64,000 bases of DNA from an uncultured Gemmatimonadales bacterium (lineage in GTDB: Bacteria > Gemmatimonadota > Gemmatimonadetes > Gemmatimonadales > GWC2-71-9): NCBI GenBank assembly GCA_963728915.1, contig CAVSLV010000004.1, forward strand, positions 288,001 to 352,000, in the 5' to 3' direction. The position numbers were made by a program, and so were the translations under genes. Positions 31,581 through 41,530 of this stretch are shown here, in pieces (the stretch's first letter is position 1; each line of letters opens with the position of its first letter). The notes under the pieces were generated by a model. That model was not told the origin of the DNA. It searched no databases and saw only the letters and a program-made list of their open reading frames with translations.

Positions 31581-32308
31581 GCAACGACCGCACCCCAGTT
31601 GCTTCGCTGATTCTCGCCCTCGGCCTCTCCGCGGCGGGGCTCCTGACCGGGGTCGGATCGGCCGGATCCGGCAGGATGAGCGGTACGTGACCGTGAAGGG
31701 AATCAGCGAACGGGAGGCCCAGGCGGACCTGGCGATCTGGCCGCTCCGGATCTCCGCCGCAAGCAACGACCTGGGGATGGCCCACGCCTCGCTGGAGAAC
31801 AGCGTAACCCGGCATCATGCAGTTCCTCGCGCGCAACCAGGTCGACACCGCGCAGGTTACCCGCCAGGATTTCCGGGTGACCGACGCCTATACCAACCAG
31901 TATGCCGGGGCCGACCGGATCACCAGCCGGTACGTGATCAACGAGACGATCCTGGTGCGGTCCAATCAACCCGAGCTGGTGCAGGCCGCCAGCCAGCGGG
32001 TGGCCGACCTGGTCAGCGCGGGCGTGGTGCTGTCCTCCGGGGAGGAATACGGAGGCGGGGGCCCGACCTTCGTGTTCACCGGGCTCAACAAGCTGAAACC
32101 CGAGATGATCGCCGAAGCAACCGCCCGGGCCCGCGAAGCGGCCGAGCAGTTCGCCCGGGATTCCCATACCAGTCTGGGAGGGATCCGGCGGGGCAACCAG
32201 GGGGTCTTCGAGATTCTCCCCCGCGATCAGGCGCAGGGGATCACCGAAGCGAGTCAGATCGTCAAGACCGTCCGGGTGGTCAGCACGCTGGACTATCTGC
32301 TCCGATAA
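31577..32308 (+). pseudogene. SIMPL (DUF541) domain protein, frameshifted near 31660 and 31810
   Basis: Signal/TM segment, then RYVTVKGISERE..ADLAIWPL, then KPEMIAEAT..AREAAEQFA..NQGVFEI..VRVVST. Confidence 0.75.
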
Positions 32309-32342
32309 CCAGGTACACCTTTTTTCGTCAGGAGAATATTCT

Positions 32343-32807
32343 GTGCGCAAGTTGACGGGGTTGGCTCTGTTCCTTCTTGCTGTGAGCGGGTGTAGTGGCG
32401 ACAGTACGGGCAACAACAATGGCAACGGCAACGGGGACATGTCCGCCTCGATCGACGGACAGTCCTGGACCGGAACCCTCGCGACCGCCGCGAGCTACCA
32501 GGGGACCGTGCTCGGATTCGCGGGAACCAACGGCTCCTACCAGATCAATATCACCCTGACCGGTGTCAGTGGGCCCGGGACCTACAGCCTGGGCTCGGGA
32601 CAGCTTTCCATCGCCACCGTGGCGACGGTGTCGACCTCCCCGCAGGTGTGGATCACCTCGTCGACTGGTGGGACCGGATCGGTCGTCATCACCAGCCTCA
32701 CCTCGAGCGCCGTGGCGGGCACCTTCAGCTTCACGGCGGTTCCGTCCAGCGGTGGCGCCAGCGGCAACAAGGCTGTGACCAGCGGCCAGTTCAACGTGAG
32801 CTTCTAG
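32343..32807 (+). CDS. Ser/Thr/Gly-rich lipoprotein (DUF6252-like beta-sandwich)
   Basis: AGGAG RBS, LAVSGC lipobox, MSASIDG..W, GTFSF, VTSGQF. Confidence 0.65.
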   Translation: MRKLTGLALFLLAVSGCSGDSTGNNNGNGNGDMSASIDGQSWTGTLATAASYQGTVLGFAGTNGSYQINITLTGVSGPGTYSLGSGQLSIATVATVSTSPQVWITSSTGGTGSVVITSLTSSAVAGTFSFTAVPSSGGASGNKAVTSGQFNVSF

Positions 32808-34413
32808 CTTTCCAGTCCTCGAGCGCGGCCACCCGCGCCTCGAGCAGCCCGAGACGATCAGGAGGAGAAACCGGCGGCTCCCTGGGGGCCGCCGGTTTCG
32901 TTTGGGTGACCGGCGCCGTCCCCACCCCCGTTCTGGCGGAACTTCCCCGGACCGGCTTCACCCCTCGGGCGCCGAATCGCAGGATCCCCCGGCCCACCGG
33001 ACCGAGCCAGACCAGCCGGAACATCCGCTCCCCGACCGGCATGCGGAATGGACTCCGGATGAGGAGCGTCAACCCGAACCCCGTCAGCACGAACCCCGCG
33101 ACGATCATGATCGAGACCGGGGCCGGAACGAGATAGGAGCCGGGACGGATCATGGTGCGCATGGACCGGGCCCAGCCCACCAGCACGAACCCCATGACCA
33201 CCAGGAGCGCGGCCTGCCAGAGGGTGCGGCGTCGCCGGCGTTGAGTGTCCGGGTCGCTCCGCAAGGCCTGCCGCACGCTCTCCCGTTCGTCCACGACGGC
33301 ACGAAGCCCCTTGAGCGACTCGGTGGGTGAGAACCCCGCGACTGCAAGTCTCCGTGCGGAAGAAACGGTTTGGAGCAGCCGGGCGAACGCCATCGCAAAG
33401 AGGAGGATGACCGGGAGCATTGAATCCAGCGCGGCGAGGTCCTGAAGCCGGCTGATCCGATAGACCAGCCATCCGATCAGGCCCAGGAACACCAGCACCA
33501 GACTCAGCGTCCCGGCTTCCGCAGCGAAGAGGCGGATCGGAACGGGAATCTCGGGCGGAAGGAGACTGGCCTGATCGATCGCCTCCACCAGCGACTCCGC
33601 GCTGGGGAAGCGATCCTCGGGAGCTTTCGCGAGACACCGATCGATCGCCTCGGCGAGCGGAGCAGGGAGGTCGGGTCGCAGAATCTGGGCGGGTGGGGCG
33701 GCCTCGGTGAGCTGCCTGACGAGAATCTGGGGAACCGAGGTCCCCGAAAAAAGTGGCTTCCCGGTCAGCGCGTACAACGCCACCATGCCAAGCGAGTAGA
33801 GATCGCTCCGGCCATCGACCGCTTCGCCGGAAGCCTGTTCCGGGCTCATGTATTCGGGGGTTCCGACGATCTCTCCCACCCGCGTCAGACCGGCGCCGTC
33901 GGTGGGGGCGCTCACCGGCCGGGAAATCCCGAAGTCCATCAGGAGGGCGCGCCCGGTAGCCCGCTCCAGCATGATGTTGTCGGGCTTGATGTCCCGATGG
34001 ACGACGCCGCGCCCGTGCGCGTACGCCAGGGCGTAGCCGATGTCCTGGAGCAGGCGCACCGTCGCCCGGGAGTCGAGCACCCCACCCCGCCGAACCCGCT
34101 CCCCGAGACTCTCCCCCTCGACGTAGCCCATGGCAAAGGCGAGCAGGCCTTCCTGCTCCTCGACCGCGTGGACCGGCACGATGTTGGGATGGGAGAAAGA
34201 GGCGGCGGTGCGAGTTTCCCGGAGGAAACGCTCCCGAAGACCCGGATCGGAAGCGAACTCATTGGGGAGCACCTTGAGAGCGACCAGCCGGTCGAGTCTT
34301 CGATCGCGCGCCAGATAGACGGCTCCCATGCCGCCGCGGCCCAGCTCCCGCTCGATCGCATAGCGATTGTCGAGGCGGCGTCCGATCTCCTCCAGCGCAC
34401 TGGAAACTGTCAT
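32791..34413 (-). CDS. Hanks-type Ser/Thr protein kinase with C-terminal TM segments
   Basis: GRGGMG, VALK, HRDIKPDN, DFG, GTPEYMSPE, SDLYSLG. Confidence 0.9.
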   Translation of the reverse strand: MTVSSALEEIGRRLDNRYAIERELGRGGMGAVYLARDRRLDRLVALKVLPNEFASDPGLRERFLRETRTAASFSHPNIVPVHAVEEQEGLLAFAMGYVEGESLGERVRRGGVLDSRATVRLLQDIGYALAYAHGRGVVHRDIKPDNIMLERATGRALLMDFGISRPVSAPTDGAGLTRVGEIVGTPEYMSPEQASGEAVDGRSDLYSLGMVALYALTGKPLFSGTSVPQILVRQLTEAAPPAQILRPDLPAPLAEAIDRCLAKAPEDRFPSAESLVEAIDQASLLPPEIPVPIRLFAAEAGTLSLVLVFLGLIGWLVYRISRLQDLAALDSMLPVILLFAMAFARLLQTVSSARRLAVAGFSPTESLKGLRAVVDERESVRQALRSDPDTQRRRRRTLWQAALLVVMGFVLVGWARSMRTMIRPGSYLVPAPVSIMIVAGFVLTGFGLTLLIRSPFRMPVGERMFRLVWLGPVGRGILRFGARGVKPVRGSSARTGVGTAPVTQTKPAAPREPPVSPPDRLGLLEARVAALEDWKARSSR

Positions 34414-35897
34414 CGGACCTCGAACCGTCCCTGGGTGAGCGGACTGCCGTTCTCCTCGCAGGTCACGGCATAGAGCCCCGCCTGCCAGCTCCCGGGGTTC
34501 CGGCTTCCCCAGCCTCCGGTCGCGAGCGTCAGGGTGGAGGAAGGCTCCAGCCGGACCACGACTCGGGGCGTCCCGGCCGGGATCGATTCGTTGCGGAGGT
34601 ATCGGCAGACGATCGACGCCGAGAGGATCCGGTCCGGCGCGTCATGGGAGATTGCCAGCTCGACGTTGATGAAACGGGCTGCGGCGGCCGGGAATCTGCT
34701 CTGGTAGTTCCGCTGGTCGAGTGGGAGGGTCCCGTACCCCGATTCGAAGAATCGAATCGACCTGACCCGCGCGTTCATCTGACCAAGCAGTCCGGCGGCG
34801 CGCGCGGGGGGCGGCGGCGGGTTGGGTACCAGGACCGGAGGTGGGGGTGGCGGCTCCCGCCGGGCCTCCGGGTCTCCGCCCGAGACCACCTCGAACCAGT
34901 CCCTCCCGATGAGTCTCCCGCCGTACTTGCACTCGACCCGGTAGCGGCCGGGCTTCCACCAGCCACCGCCAGCGGTTCCCCATCCGCTGTAATAGGCGCT
35001 CTCGGTCCAGTCCGACTGCATCCGGCCGTTGATCGCGAGCGAAGTGAAGACCTGACCGGACGAGGTGAAAATGTCGCAGCCCATCGGGATGGTCAGCTCC
35101 CGGCCGGGCGCCTCGTTGCTCAGGCGAATCTCGACGTCGATGAAGCGCGAGGGGCCGGCCGCGAATCGGGAGTCGTATTGCCGTTGCGCCGGCGGAGGAG
35201 CATTCGACCCGGCTTCGAAGAAGCGGAGTCCCTTGCTCACGATCTTGAGGGTGAATTCGCTGCCACCCTGGCTCGAGACCTCGTGGACCGTGAACGCCAC
35301 GTCGCGCACCGGTCGCTTGCGGGTGATCGCATAACCCGCGCCGGCCAGCACCACCACCCCGACCAGCAGCAGGAGGCCGAGGCGCTTCCAGTTGCGGGGA
35401 GGTCGGGGAGGCCGGGGAGGTCGGAGAGGAGGGGGAGGCAGGTCCGCTGGTTTGGGCCGGTGGGCGGAAGGGGGTTCTGGCAGGGAAGGGTTTGTGCTGG
35501 CCAGGAGAGCGCTGACCTGCTCCGCCAGCCGGGCGGTGTGTGCCTTCAAGTCGGGCGTGAGGGCGTCGAGCCAGTGCCGGGTCCGGAGGTGATACTCCAT
35601 GGCGCCCTCCGGCATCACGTCCTCGATTCGGAGGGGGATGATGATCGCGCCCTTGCGCACTGCCGCGTCGACCTCGTTGATCACGTTGGCGGAGCGATTG
35701 GCGCTCGCCGAGAAGACCACAATGAGGGCCCGGCAATGCTCGATGGCCTCCATGATGGACTCGGCCCAGATCGCCCCGGGCTTGATGTCCCGGGGAGCCA
35801 TCCAGCACCGGATCCCGGCCCGTTCCAGCCCGTGGAGCACGGCCAGCGCCGTGTTACTGTCGGGGCTGGAATAGGAGATGAAAACGTCGTGGGCCAT
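34410..35897 (-). CDS. TIR-domain single-pass membrane protein with a duplicated extracytoplasmic domain
   Basis: HDVFISYS..CWMAPRDI.PG..S.NVINEV TIR_2 signature; Pro-rich linker; TM; two related ~140-aa repeats. Confidence 0.8.
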   Translation of the reverse strand: MAHDVFISYSSPDSNTALAVLHGLERAGIRCWMAPRDIKPGAIWAESIMEAIEHCRALIVVFSASANRSANVINEVDAAVRKGAIIIPLRIEDVMPEGAMEYHLRTRHWLDALTPDLKAHTARLAEQVSALLASTNPSLPEPPSAHRPKPADLPPPPLRPPRPPRPPRNWKRLGLLLLVGVVVLAGAGYAITRKRPVRDVAFTVHEVSSQGGSEFTLKIVSKGLRFFEAGSNAPPPAQRQYDSRFAAGPSRFIDVEIRLSNEAPGRELTIPMGCDIFTSSGQVFTSLAINGRMQSDWTESAYYSGWGTAGGGWWKPGRYRVECKYGGRLIGRDWFEVVSGGDPEARREPPPPPPVLVPNPPPPPARAAGLLGQMNARVRSIRFFESGYGTLPLDQRNYQSRFPAAAARFINVELAISHDAPDRILSASIVCRYLRNESIPAGTPRVVVRLEPSSTLTLATGGWGSRNPGSWQAGLYAVTCEENGSPLTQGRFEVR

Positions 35898-36046
35898 TGG
35901 CGCCGGGGTGGGCGGGGAACCCGAAGATTACGGCCTCCCCGGAGGCCGCGCCAAACCTGCGCCCCCGAGCTCCCCCCTTGACCGGTTTCGGGTCAGTCCG
36001 CAGGTTTAACAAGTCCCCTCATAACCCCAACACAGGTGGAGCGCTC

Positions 36047-36589
36047 ATGAAACGCGGGAGTTTGGTGTCCTTGGGCTTTTTTGCGCTTGCCGCAGCTGTC
36101 TTTCCGGCGACCGCTACGGCGCAGTACGTGTTCGTAGGCGGTGGGGCCTCGATCCCGATCGGCAACTTCAAGGATGCCGGGGCGAAGACGGGGTGGATCG
36201 CGCAGGCCGGCGTCGGATACGATATCGGCGATAAGGGTCTGTGGGTGGAGGCTGAAGGATGGTACGGGTCCCACAAGTACACCGGCGCCACGGGAAAGAC
36301 CGACCTGCTCGCCGGGCTCGGCGCGCTCGGATACAGCTTCATGCCCGGCAAGAAGATGTCGCCCTACGTGGTGGCGGGTGCCGGTTTCATGTCGGCCAAA
36401 GCGAAGCCCGCAACCGGAGCGAGCGTGACCTCGACCAAGTTTGCCTACACCGGCGGGGCCGGCCTCGGCTTCAAGCTGAATTCCACCGTGAACTTCTGGC
36501 TCGAGGGCCGTCTCCTCGGAACCAAGGACGCGAAACTGATCCCGGTCAGCGCCGGGTTCACGTTCAATTTCGGCAAGAAGAGCATGTAG
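36047..36589 (+). CDS. Small outer-membrane beta-barrel protein, copy 1
   Basis: Signal peptide, amphipathic strands, SPYV.AGAG, terminal F-x-F. Confidence 0.75.
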   Translation: MKRGSLVSLGFFALAAAVFPATATAQYVFVGGGASIPIGNFKDAGAKTGWIAQAGVGYDIGDKGLWVEAEGWYGSHKYTGATGKTDLLAGLGALGYSFMPGKKMSPYVVAGAGFMSAKAKPATGASVTSTKFAYTGGAGLGFKLNSTVNFWLEGRLLGTKDAKLIPVSAGFTFNFGKKSM

Positions 36590-36724
36590 GAAGAGGACCC
36601 TCGGATCTCGGTGCTCCCGACTCCCAGCGGGAGTGCCGGGTCCGGCGGGTTAATCCGCGCCCTCTTGACCGGTTTCCCGACCGCCCGCACGTTAGAGATA
36701 CCCCTTCCACACACTGGAGGCCTC

Positions 36725-37270
36725 ATGAAACGCGGGAGCTTGCTGTCCCTGGGTGTGTTCGCACTCGCCGCGGTCGTGATCCCGACCACCGCGAGGGCGC
36801 AGTTCGTCTATGTGGGCGGCGGCGCCAACATTCCGGTCGGCGACTTCAAGGACTACGCCAAGACCGGATGGATCGCGCAGGCAGGTGTCGGATACAACAT
36901 CTCGAGCGTCAAGGGTCTCTTCGTCAGCCTGGAAGGCTTCTACGGCTCGAACAAGCACACCGATGTGGCGGGCGACAAGACCAACCTCATCGACGGGATG
37001 GTCACTCTGGGATACGAATTCACACCCGACAGCAAGGTGAGCCCTTACGTGCTGGCCGGGGCCGGCTTCCAGTCGCACCAGTTCAAGCCGGCGACCGGTA
37101 CCGGCGACACCGAAACCAAATTCGGCTACAATGCCGGCGCCGGCCTGATCTTCACCCTCAACTCGACCGTGAGCCTCTGGGTCGAGGGCCGCTTCATGGG
37201 GAGCTCGAGCTCCAAGATGCTCCCCGTCATGGGTGGGTTCTCCTTCAATTTCGGCAAGAAGAGCATGTAG
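36725..37270 (+). CDS. Small outer-membrane beta-barrel protein, copy 2
   Basis: Paralogue of 36047-36589 (same MKRGSL start and FNFGKKSM end). Confidence 0.75.
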   Translation: MKRGSLLSLGVFALAAVVIPTTARAQFVYVGGGANIPVGDFKDYAKTGWIAQAGVGYNISSVKGLFVSLEGFYGSNKHTDVAGDKTNLIDGMVTLGYEFTPDSKVSPYVLAGAGFQSHQFKPATGTGDTETKFGYNAGAGLIFTLNSTVSLWVEGRFMGSSSSKMLPVMGGFSFNFGKKSM

Positions 37271-37322
37271 TCAAAGACTCCCGGATTCCGGTGCTCCCGG
37301 GTGGGGCACCGGTTTCCGCGGG

Positions 37323-37901
37323 TTACCCGCGGTCCAGCGCCCGTTCGATCCGCCGGTCCGGAATGAACCAGGCCAGTCCCACCATCACGTAGATCCCGAA
37401 CGCCACCAGCGGGGCCGCGAGGGCGGTTGGAATCGCCACCGCATAGAGCACCAGCGACAGCTTCCCCTTGTAATCGCGGCCCACGGCCGTCGCCAGCGCG
37501 GAATCCCTTCCTTCATGACTGATGAGGGCCCGGGTCAGCAGGGCATAGGCGAACCCCGCGGCGAGAAAGATCACGCCGTATGCCGCCACCGGAACCGCAG
37601 CGAAATGGCTGGTTCCGACCCAGTTCGTCGTAAATGGCACCAGGGAGAGCCAGAACAACAGGTGCAGGTTGGCCCACAGGATTCGCCCGTTCACCTGGTG
37701 GGCCGCCTGGAGCAGGTGGTGGTGATTGTTCCAGTAGGTCCCGATGAAGGCGAAGCTCAGCACGTAGCCGATCAGGTGATGGCGGACCGCCGCGAGCCCG
37801 GCCAGGGTCGGGACCTCCGGCGGGCGGAGCTCGAGCACCATCACGGTGATGATGATCGCCAGCACGCCGTCGCTGAACGCCTCCATCCGCCCCTTGGTCA
37901 T
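37323..37901 (-). CDS. TMEM175-family potassium channel
   Basis: RMEAFSDGVLAIIITVMVLE signature, YWNNHH. Confidence 0.85.
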   Translation of the reverse strand: MTKGRMEAFSDGVLAIIITVMVLELRPPEVPTLAGLAAVRHHLIGYVLSFAFIGTYWNNHHHLLQAAHQVNGRILWANLHLLFWLSLVPFTTNWVGTSHFAAVPVAAYGVIFLAAGFAYALLTRALISHEGRDSALATAVGRDYKGKLSLVLYAVAIPTALAAPLVAFGIYVMVGLAWFIPDRRIERALDRG

Positions 37902-39205
37902 GATGGGGTCTCCGCCGGGCGCTTCTTTCGGAATGCGTAGATCACCACCCCCACGGCGGCCGCAATGGCCGCATCCCGAGCCTGGGACCAGGTGGTGTGG
38001 GAGAGGAGCCAGATCGAAAGCAGGAGCGCCAGACCCGCGAGGATCCATCCCCCGGGCACCCGGAACTGCGCGGCGGGCGCATCGGGCTTCCGCCGCAGGA
38101 CCGGCAGCGAGATGCAGGTTGTGGTGTACGCCAGCAACCGGGCAATCACGCTGATCGTGGCCGCGTACACGAACGTGCCCGAGAGGGTCAGCACCAGCAG
38201 GACGAACGCGGTGACCAGGATCGCCGGGTTAGGAGTCCGGGTCCGGGGGTGGACCGCGCCGAACCAGCGCGGCAGCTCCCCCCGCTCGGCCATGGCGAAG
38301 AGCAGCCGCGGGGCCACCAGGACGATCACCAGCAGGTTGCCCCCGATCGAGACCAGTGCCCCCCCGGAAATGATCGCCCCGCCGGCGGGACCCAGGAAGC
38401 TCCGGGCCGCGTCGGCCAGGGGACGACTCGACTCCGCCAGGGCGCCGGCGGGCAGGGTTCCGATCGCCACCACCTGAATCAGCAGGTAGACCGCCACCAC
38501 CACGCCGATGGCCATGAGCAGGGCCGGGGGCAGGTCACGCTGCGGGTTACGGGCCTCTCCCCCGGCGATCGTGGCCAGCTCGAACCCGCTGAAGGCGAAG
38601 ACCAGGAGAAGGACCGAGACCGAGAACGCGTCGAGGCTGGGCAGGGGACCGGGGTGGTACGCGCCCGGCCGGAGAAAGAAGAGTCCCACCGCGATGAACA
38701 GCACCAGGGGGACCAGCTTCGCGACGGTGAAGATGTTCGAAGCGGTGGTGGAGTTCCGGATCCCGGTGAGGTTGAGCAGGGTGAGAAACACGATGATGGT
38801 GCTGATCGTCACCACCCGGCCCGCGGTGCCGGCTGCCCCGGGCCAGAAATACCCGAGGTAGGAGACGAACAGATTGCAGCTCGCCGCGAACGCGGTCAGT
38901 CGGGCAATCCAGAGGAGCCAGCCGACTTCGAATCCCACCAGGGGCCCGAACGCGGCCCGCGCATAGAGGTAGGGCCCCCCGGTCCCGCTGAACCGGCTGC
39001 TCACCTCCGCGAAACAGATCACCATGATGGAGACCACCACCGCGCAGACCACGAAGGCCAGCAGGCTCCAGACCCCGACGCGCCGGAACACTTCGGCGGG
39101 GAGCCCGAAGATGCCCGACCCGATGATCGTGTTGACCCCCAGGGCGACCAGGTCCCGGCGCCGAATGACCCGGAGGAGTCCCTCCGACGATAGGGGTTGG
39201 GACAA
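37898..39205 (-). CDS. APC-family amino acid permease
   Basis: IGSGIF, GGPYLY, FAFSGFE, 12 TM segments. Confidence 0.9.
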   Translation of the reverse strand: MSQPLSSEGLLRVIRRRDLVALGVNTIIGSGIFGLPAEVFRRVGVWSLLAFVVCAVVVSIMVICFAEVSSRFSGTGGPYLYARAAFGPLVGFEVGWLLWIARLTAFAASCNLFVSYLGYFWPGAAGTAGRVVTISTIIVFLTLLNLTGIRNSTTASNIFTVAKLVPLVLFIAVGLFFLRPGAYHPGPLPSLDAFSVSVLLLVFAFSGFELATIAGGEARNPQRDLPPALLMAIGVVVAVYLLIQVVAIGTLPAGALAESSRPLADAARSFLGPAGGAIISGGALVSIGGNLLVIVLVAPRLLFAMAERGELPRWFGAVHPRTRTPNPAILVTAFVLLVLTLSGTFVYAATISVIARLLAYTTTCISLPVLRRKPDAPAAQFRVPGGWILAGLALLLSIWLLSHTTWSQARDAAIAAAVGVVIYAFRKKRPAETPS

Positions 39206-39214
39206 CGCGATCGG

Positions 39215-39721
39215 CTACAGGTAGCGGCCCAGCGCCATCGCGCCGATGGTGATGATGAGCAGGACGTCGATCACCAGACCGGCCTTCATCGCGCGGGCTC
39301 GAAGCCGCTTGGCTTCCGCCTGCACTCCACCGGGGTTGCCGGAAGTTGCCGCCTCCTGGCTGAGCTTCATCGCCTTCGTGAAGGAGGGCCGCACGATGGT
39401 CAGCCCGATGAGAAAGGCGATGATCGCCGAGCCGCCCCCGATGCTATATCCCCTTCCGGGTCCGGTCTCCATGTAGGCGGGGCTGAACCCGCCGGAAACC
39501 CGGTAGAGCAGCCAGATCCCCGAAAGGATCGTCAGCAGCGCGAACATGGCCACCATGGGAGGGTAGTTCCGACGCACGATCCCCACCCCGACTTTCGCCC
39601 CATCGGGTCCCGCTTCCTCGATCGACGGAAACAGAAAGAGGGTCGCAAACAGGTGGGCTCCGAACCAGAAGGCGCCGAGGCCGATATGGACCAGGCGCAG
39701 CACCAGAAGCAGCGCACTCAT
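39215..39721 (-). CDS. Hypothetical 4-TM membrane protein
   Basis: LRLVHI..FWFG N-terminus, four hydrophobic helices, GGAG RBS. Confidence 0.65.
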   Translation of the reverse strand: MSALLLVLRLVHIGLGAFWFGAHLFATLFLFPSIEEAGPDGAKVGVGIVRRNYPPMVAMFALLTILSGIWLLYRVSGGFSPAYMETGPGRGYSIGGGSAIIAFLIGLTIVRPSFTKAMKLSQEAATSGNPGGVQAEAKRLRARAMKAGLVIDVLLIITIGAMALGRYL

Positions 39722-39867
39722 GGAGAACTCCGCGAACGTGAAAGTGAGGCGCAAACGTACCGCCGACTCCCCAAGGCCGGCAAATCCAGTGGTACTGCCG
39801 AAAACCTCCTCCCGGTGGTACACTCACGCCAATCTGACAGTGAACCGGAACCTCGGAACAGGCCGCC

Positions 39868-40965
39868 ATGCTCAAGCACACCCCCCTCGCCGACCTTCAC
39901 CGCTCCCTTGGGGCGAAAATGGTTCCCTTCGCCGGCTGGGAGATGCCGATCCAGTATGCCGCCGGCATCATCGCCGAGCATCAGACCGTGCGGAACAGCG
40001 TCGGCGTGTTCGATGTCTCGCATATGGGGGAGTTCGAAGTCACCGGGCCGGACCGGAACGCCTTCGTCAACCGGCTCACCACCAACGATGTGGCCGCGCT
40101 GGAGCCGGGCGGGGTCCAGTACTCCGCTCTCCTGACCCGAGAGGGCACCTTCCTCGACGACTGCACGGTGTACCGGTTCGAGGACCGGTTGATGGTGGTG
40201 GTCAACGCCTCGAACCGCGAGAAAGCCTGGGAGCACATCGTCGATCAGAAACAGAAGGGCACCGTGAACGTGCGGCTCAAGGACATTTCGGACGAAACCG
40301 GGCTGCTCGCGGTCCAGGGTCCCCGGGCCCAGGCGGCGCTCCAGCCGATCGCCGGGCTCGATCTCGCATCGGTCGGATACTACAAATGCGCCCAGGGGAT
40401 CCTGGGAGGGGTGCAGTGCTTCATCTCCCGGACCGGGTATACCGGGGAGGATGGGTTCGAGATCTACTGCCGCTGGCGCGATACGGTGGTACTCTGGCAG
40501 GCCGTGACGGCTGCCGGCGCCGCGCCGATCGGGTTAGGAGCCCGCGACTCGCTGCGCCTCGAGATGGGGTATGCCCTGTATGGCCAGGAGATCGATGATA
40601 CGATCACCCCGCTCGAAGCGGGCCTCGGATGGATCGTGAAGCTCGCCAAGGGCGCGCCGTTCATCGGGGAGAAGGCGCTCGAGGAGCAGAAGGCGCGAGG
40701 AGTGACTCGGAAGACCGTGGGATTCCGCCTCCACGGCCGGGGCATCGCGCGGCACGGCTATCCGGTCTGGTACGGGGAAAGACAGGTGGACGTCGTGCGC
40801 AGCGGCGGGCAGAGCCCCTCGCTCGGCTATCCGATCGGAACCACCATGCTGCCTCCCGAGGGCGCGAAGATCGGAACCCGTTTCCAGATCGAATGCCGGG
40901 GGGAGAAGCTCGACGCCGAGGTGGTGAAGCGTCCGTTCTGGACCAAAGGCAGCGTGAAGAAGTGA
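39868..40965 (+). CDS. gcvT: Glycine cleavage system aminomethyltransferase T
   Basis: [39 protein letters not shown]. Confidence 0.95.
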   Translation: MLKHTPLADLHRSLGAKMVPFAGWEMPIQYAAGIIAEHQTVRNSVGVFDVSHMGEFEVTGPDRNAFVNRLTTNDVAALEPGGVQYSALLTREGTFLDDCTVYRFEDRLMVVVNASNREKAWEHIVDQKQKGTVNVRLKDISDETGLLAVQGPRAQAALQPIAGLDLASVGYYKCAQGILGGVQCFISRTGYTGEDGFEIYCRWRDTVVLWQAVTAAGAAPIGLGARDSLRLEMGYALYGQEIDDTITPLEAGLGWIVKLAKGAPFIGEKALEEQKARGVTRKTVGFRLHGRGIARHGYPVWYGERQVDVVRSGGQSPSLGYPIGTTMLPPEGAKIGTRFQIECRGEKLDAEVVKRPFWTKGSVKK

Positions 40966-41456
40966 CCGGCGCCGGGCTCCGGATTGGGGTCCTCACCATT
41001 TCGGATGCCGGCGCCCGTGGGGAGCGGGCGGACACCTCGGGCGACCGGATCGTCGCCTGGCTCGAGGACCGGGGATACTCCCTGGTCTCCCGGAAGCTCG
41101 TCCCGGACGAAACGGTGGAGATCGTCCGCGCCCTGCTCGAGAGCGCGGACGATCAGGAGTGCGACGTGGTCCTCACCACCGGCGGTACCGGCCTGAGCCC
41201 GCGCGACATCACGCCGGAGGCCACCCGCACCGTGCTGGATCGCGAAGCCCCGGGGATCGCGGAGGCCATTCGGGCGGCGGCGCTCCCCCGGTTTCCCAGA
41301 GCGGCGCTCTCCCGCGGGTTAGCGGGTGTGCGAGGGAAGACCCTGATCGTCAATCTTCCCGGGAGCCCCGGCGGGGTGGCCGACGGACTCGCGGTGCTGG
41401 AGCAATGGCTTCCCCACGCGGTGCAGCTCATCCGCGGCGAACCGACCGATCATTGA
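40962..41456 (+). CDS. MogA/MoaB molybdopterin adenylyltransferase
   Basis: LTISD, DTSG, TTGGTG.SPRD.TPEAT, NLPGSP. Confidence 0.9.
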   Translation: MTGAGLRIGVLTISDAGARGERADTSGDRIVAWLEDRGYSLVSRKLVPDETVEIVRALLESADDQECDVVLTTGGTGLSPRDITPEATRTVLDREAPGIAEAIRAAALPRFPRAALSRGLAGVRGKTLIVNLPGSPGGVADGLAVLEQWLPHAVQLIRGEPTDH

Positions 41457-41530
41457 ACGGAGGTGTGAGGTGCGACGTGTGAGGTTTGAAAGCCGGTCCG
41501 CCGGTCCGCCCGTCCGCCGTCCCGCCTGAC

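Noticed and set aside
39722..39867. Glycine or c-di-GMP riboswitch upstream of gcvT
   Set aside because: Only isolated words (GAAA, GCGCAAA); the conserved aptamer cores and stems could not be built
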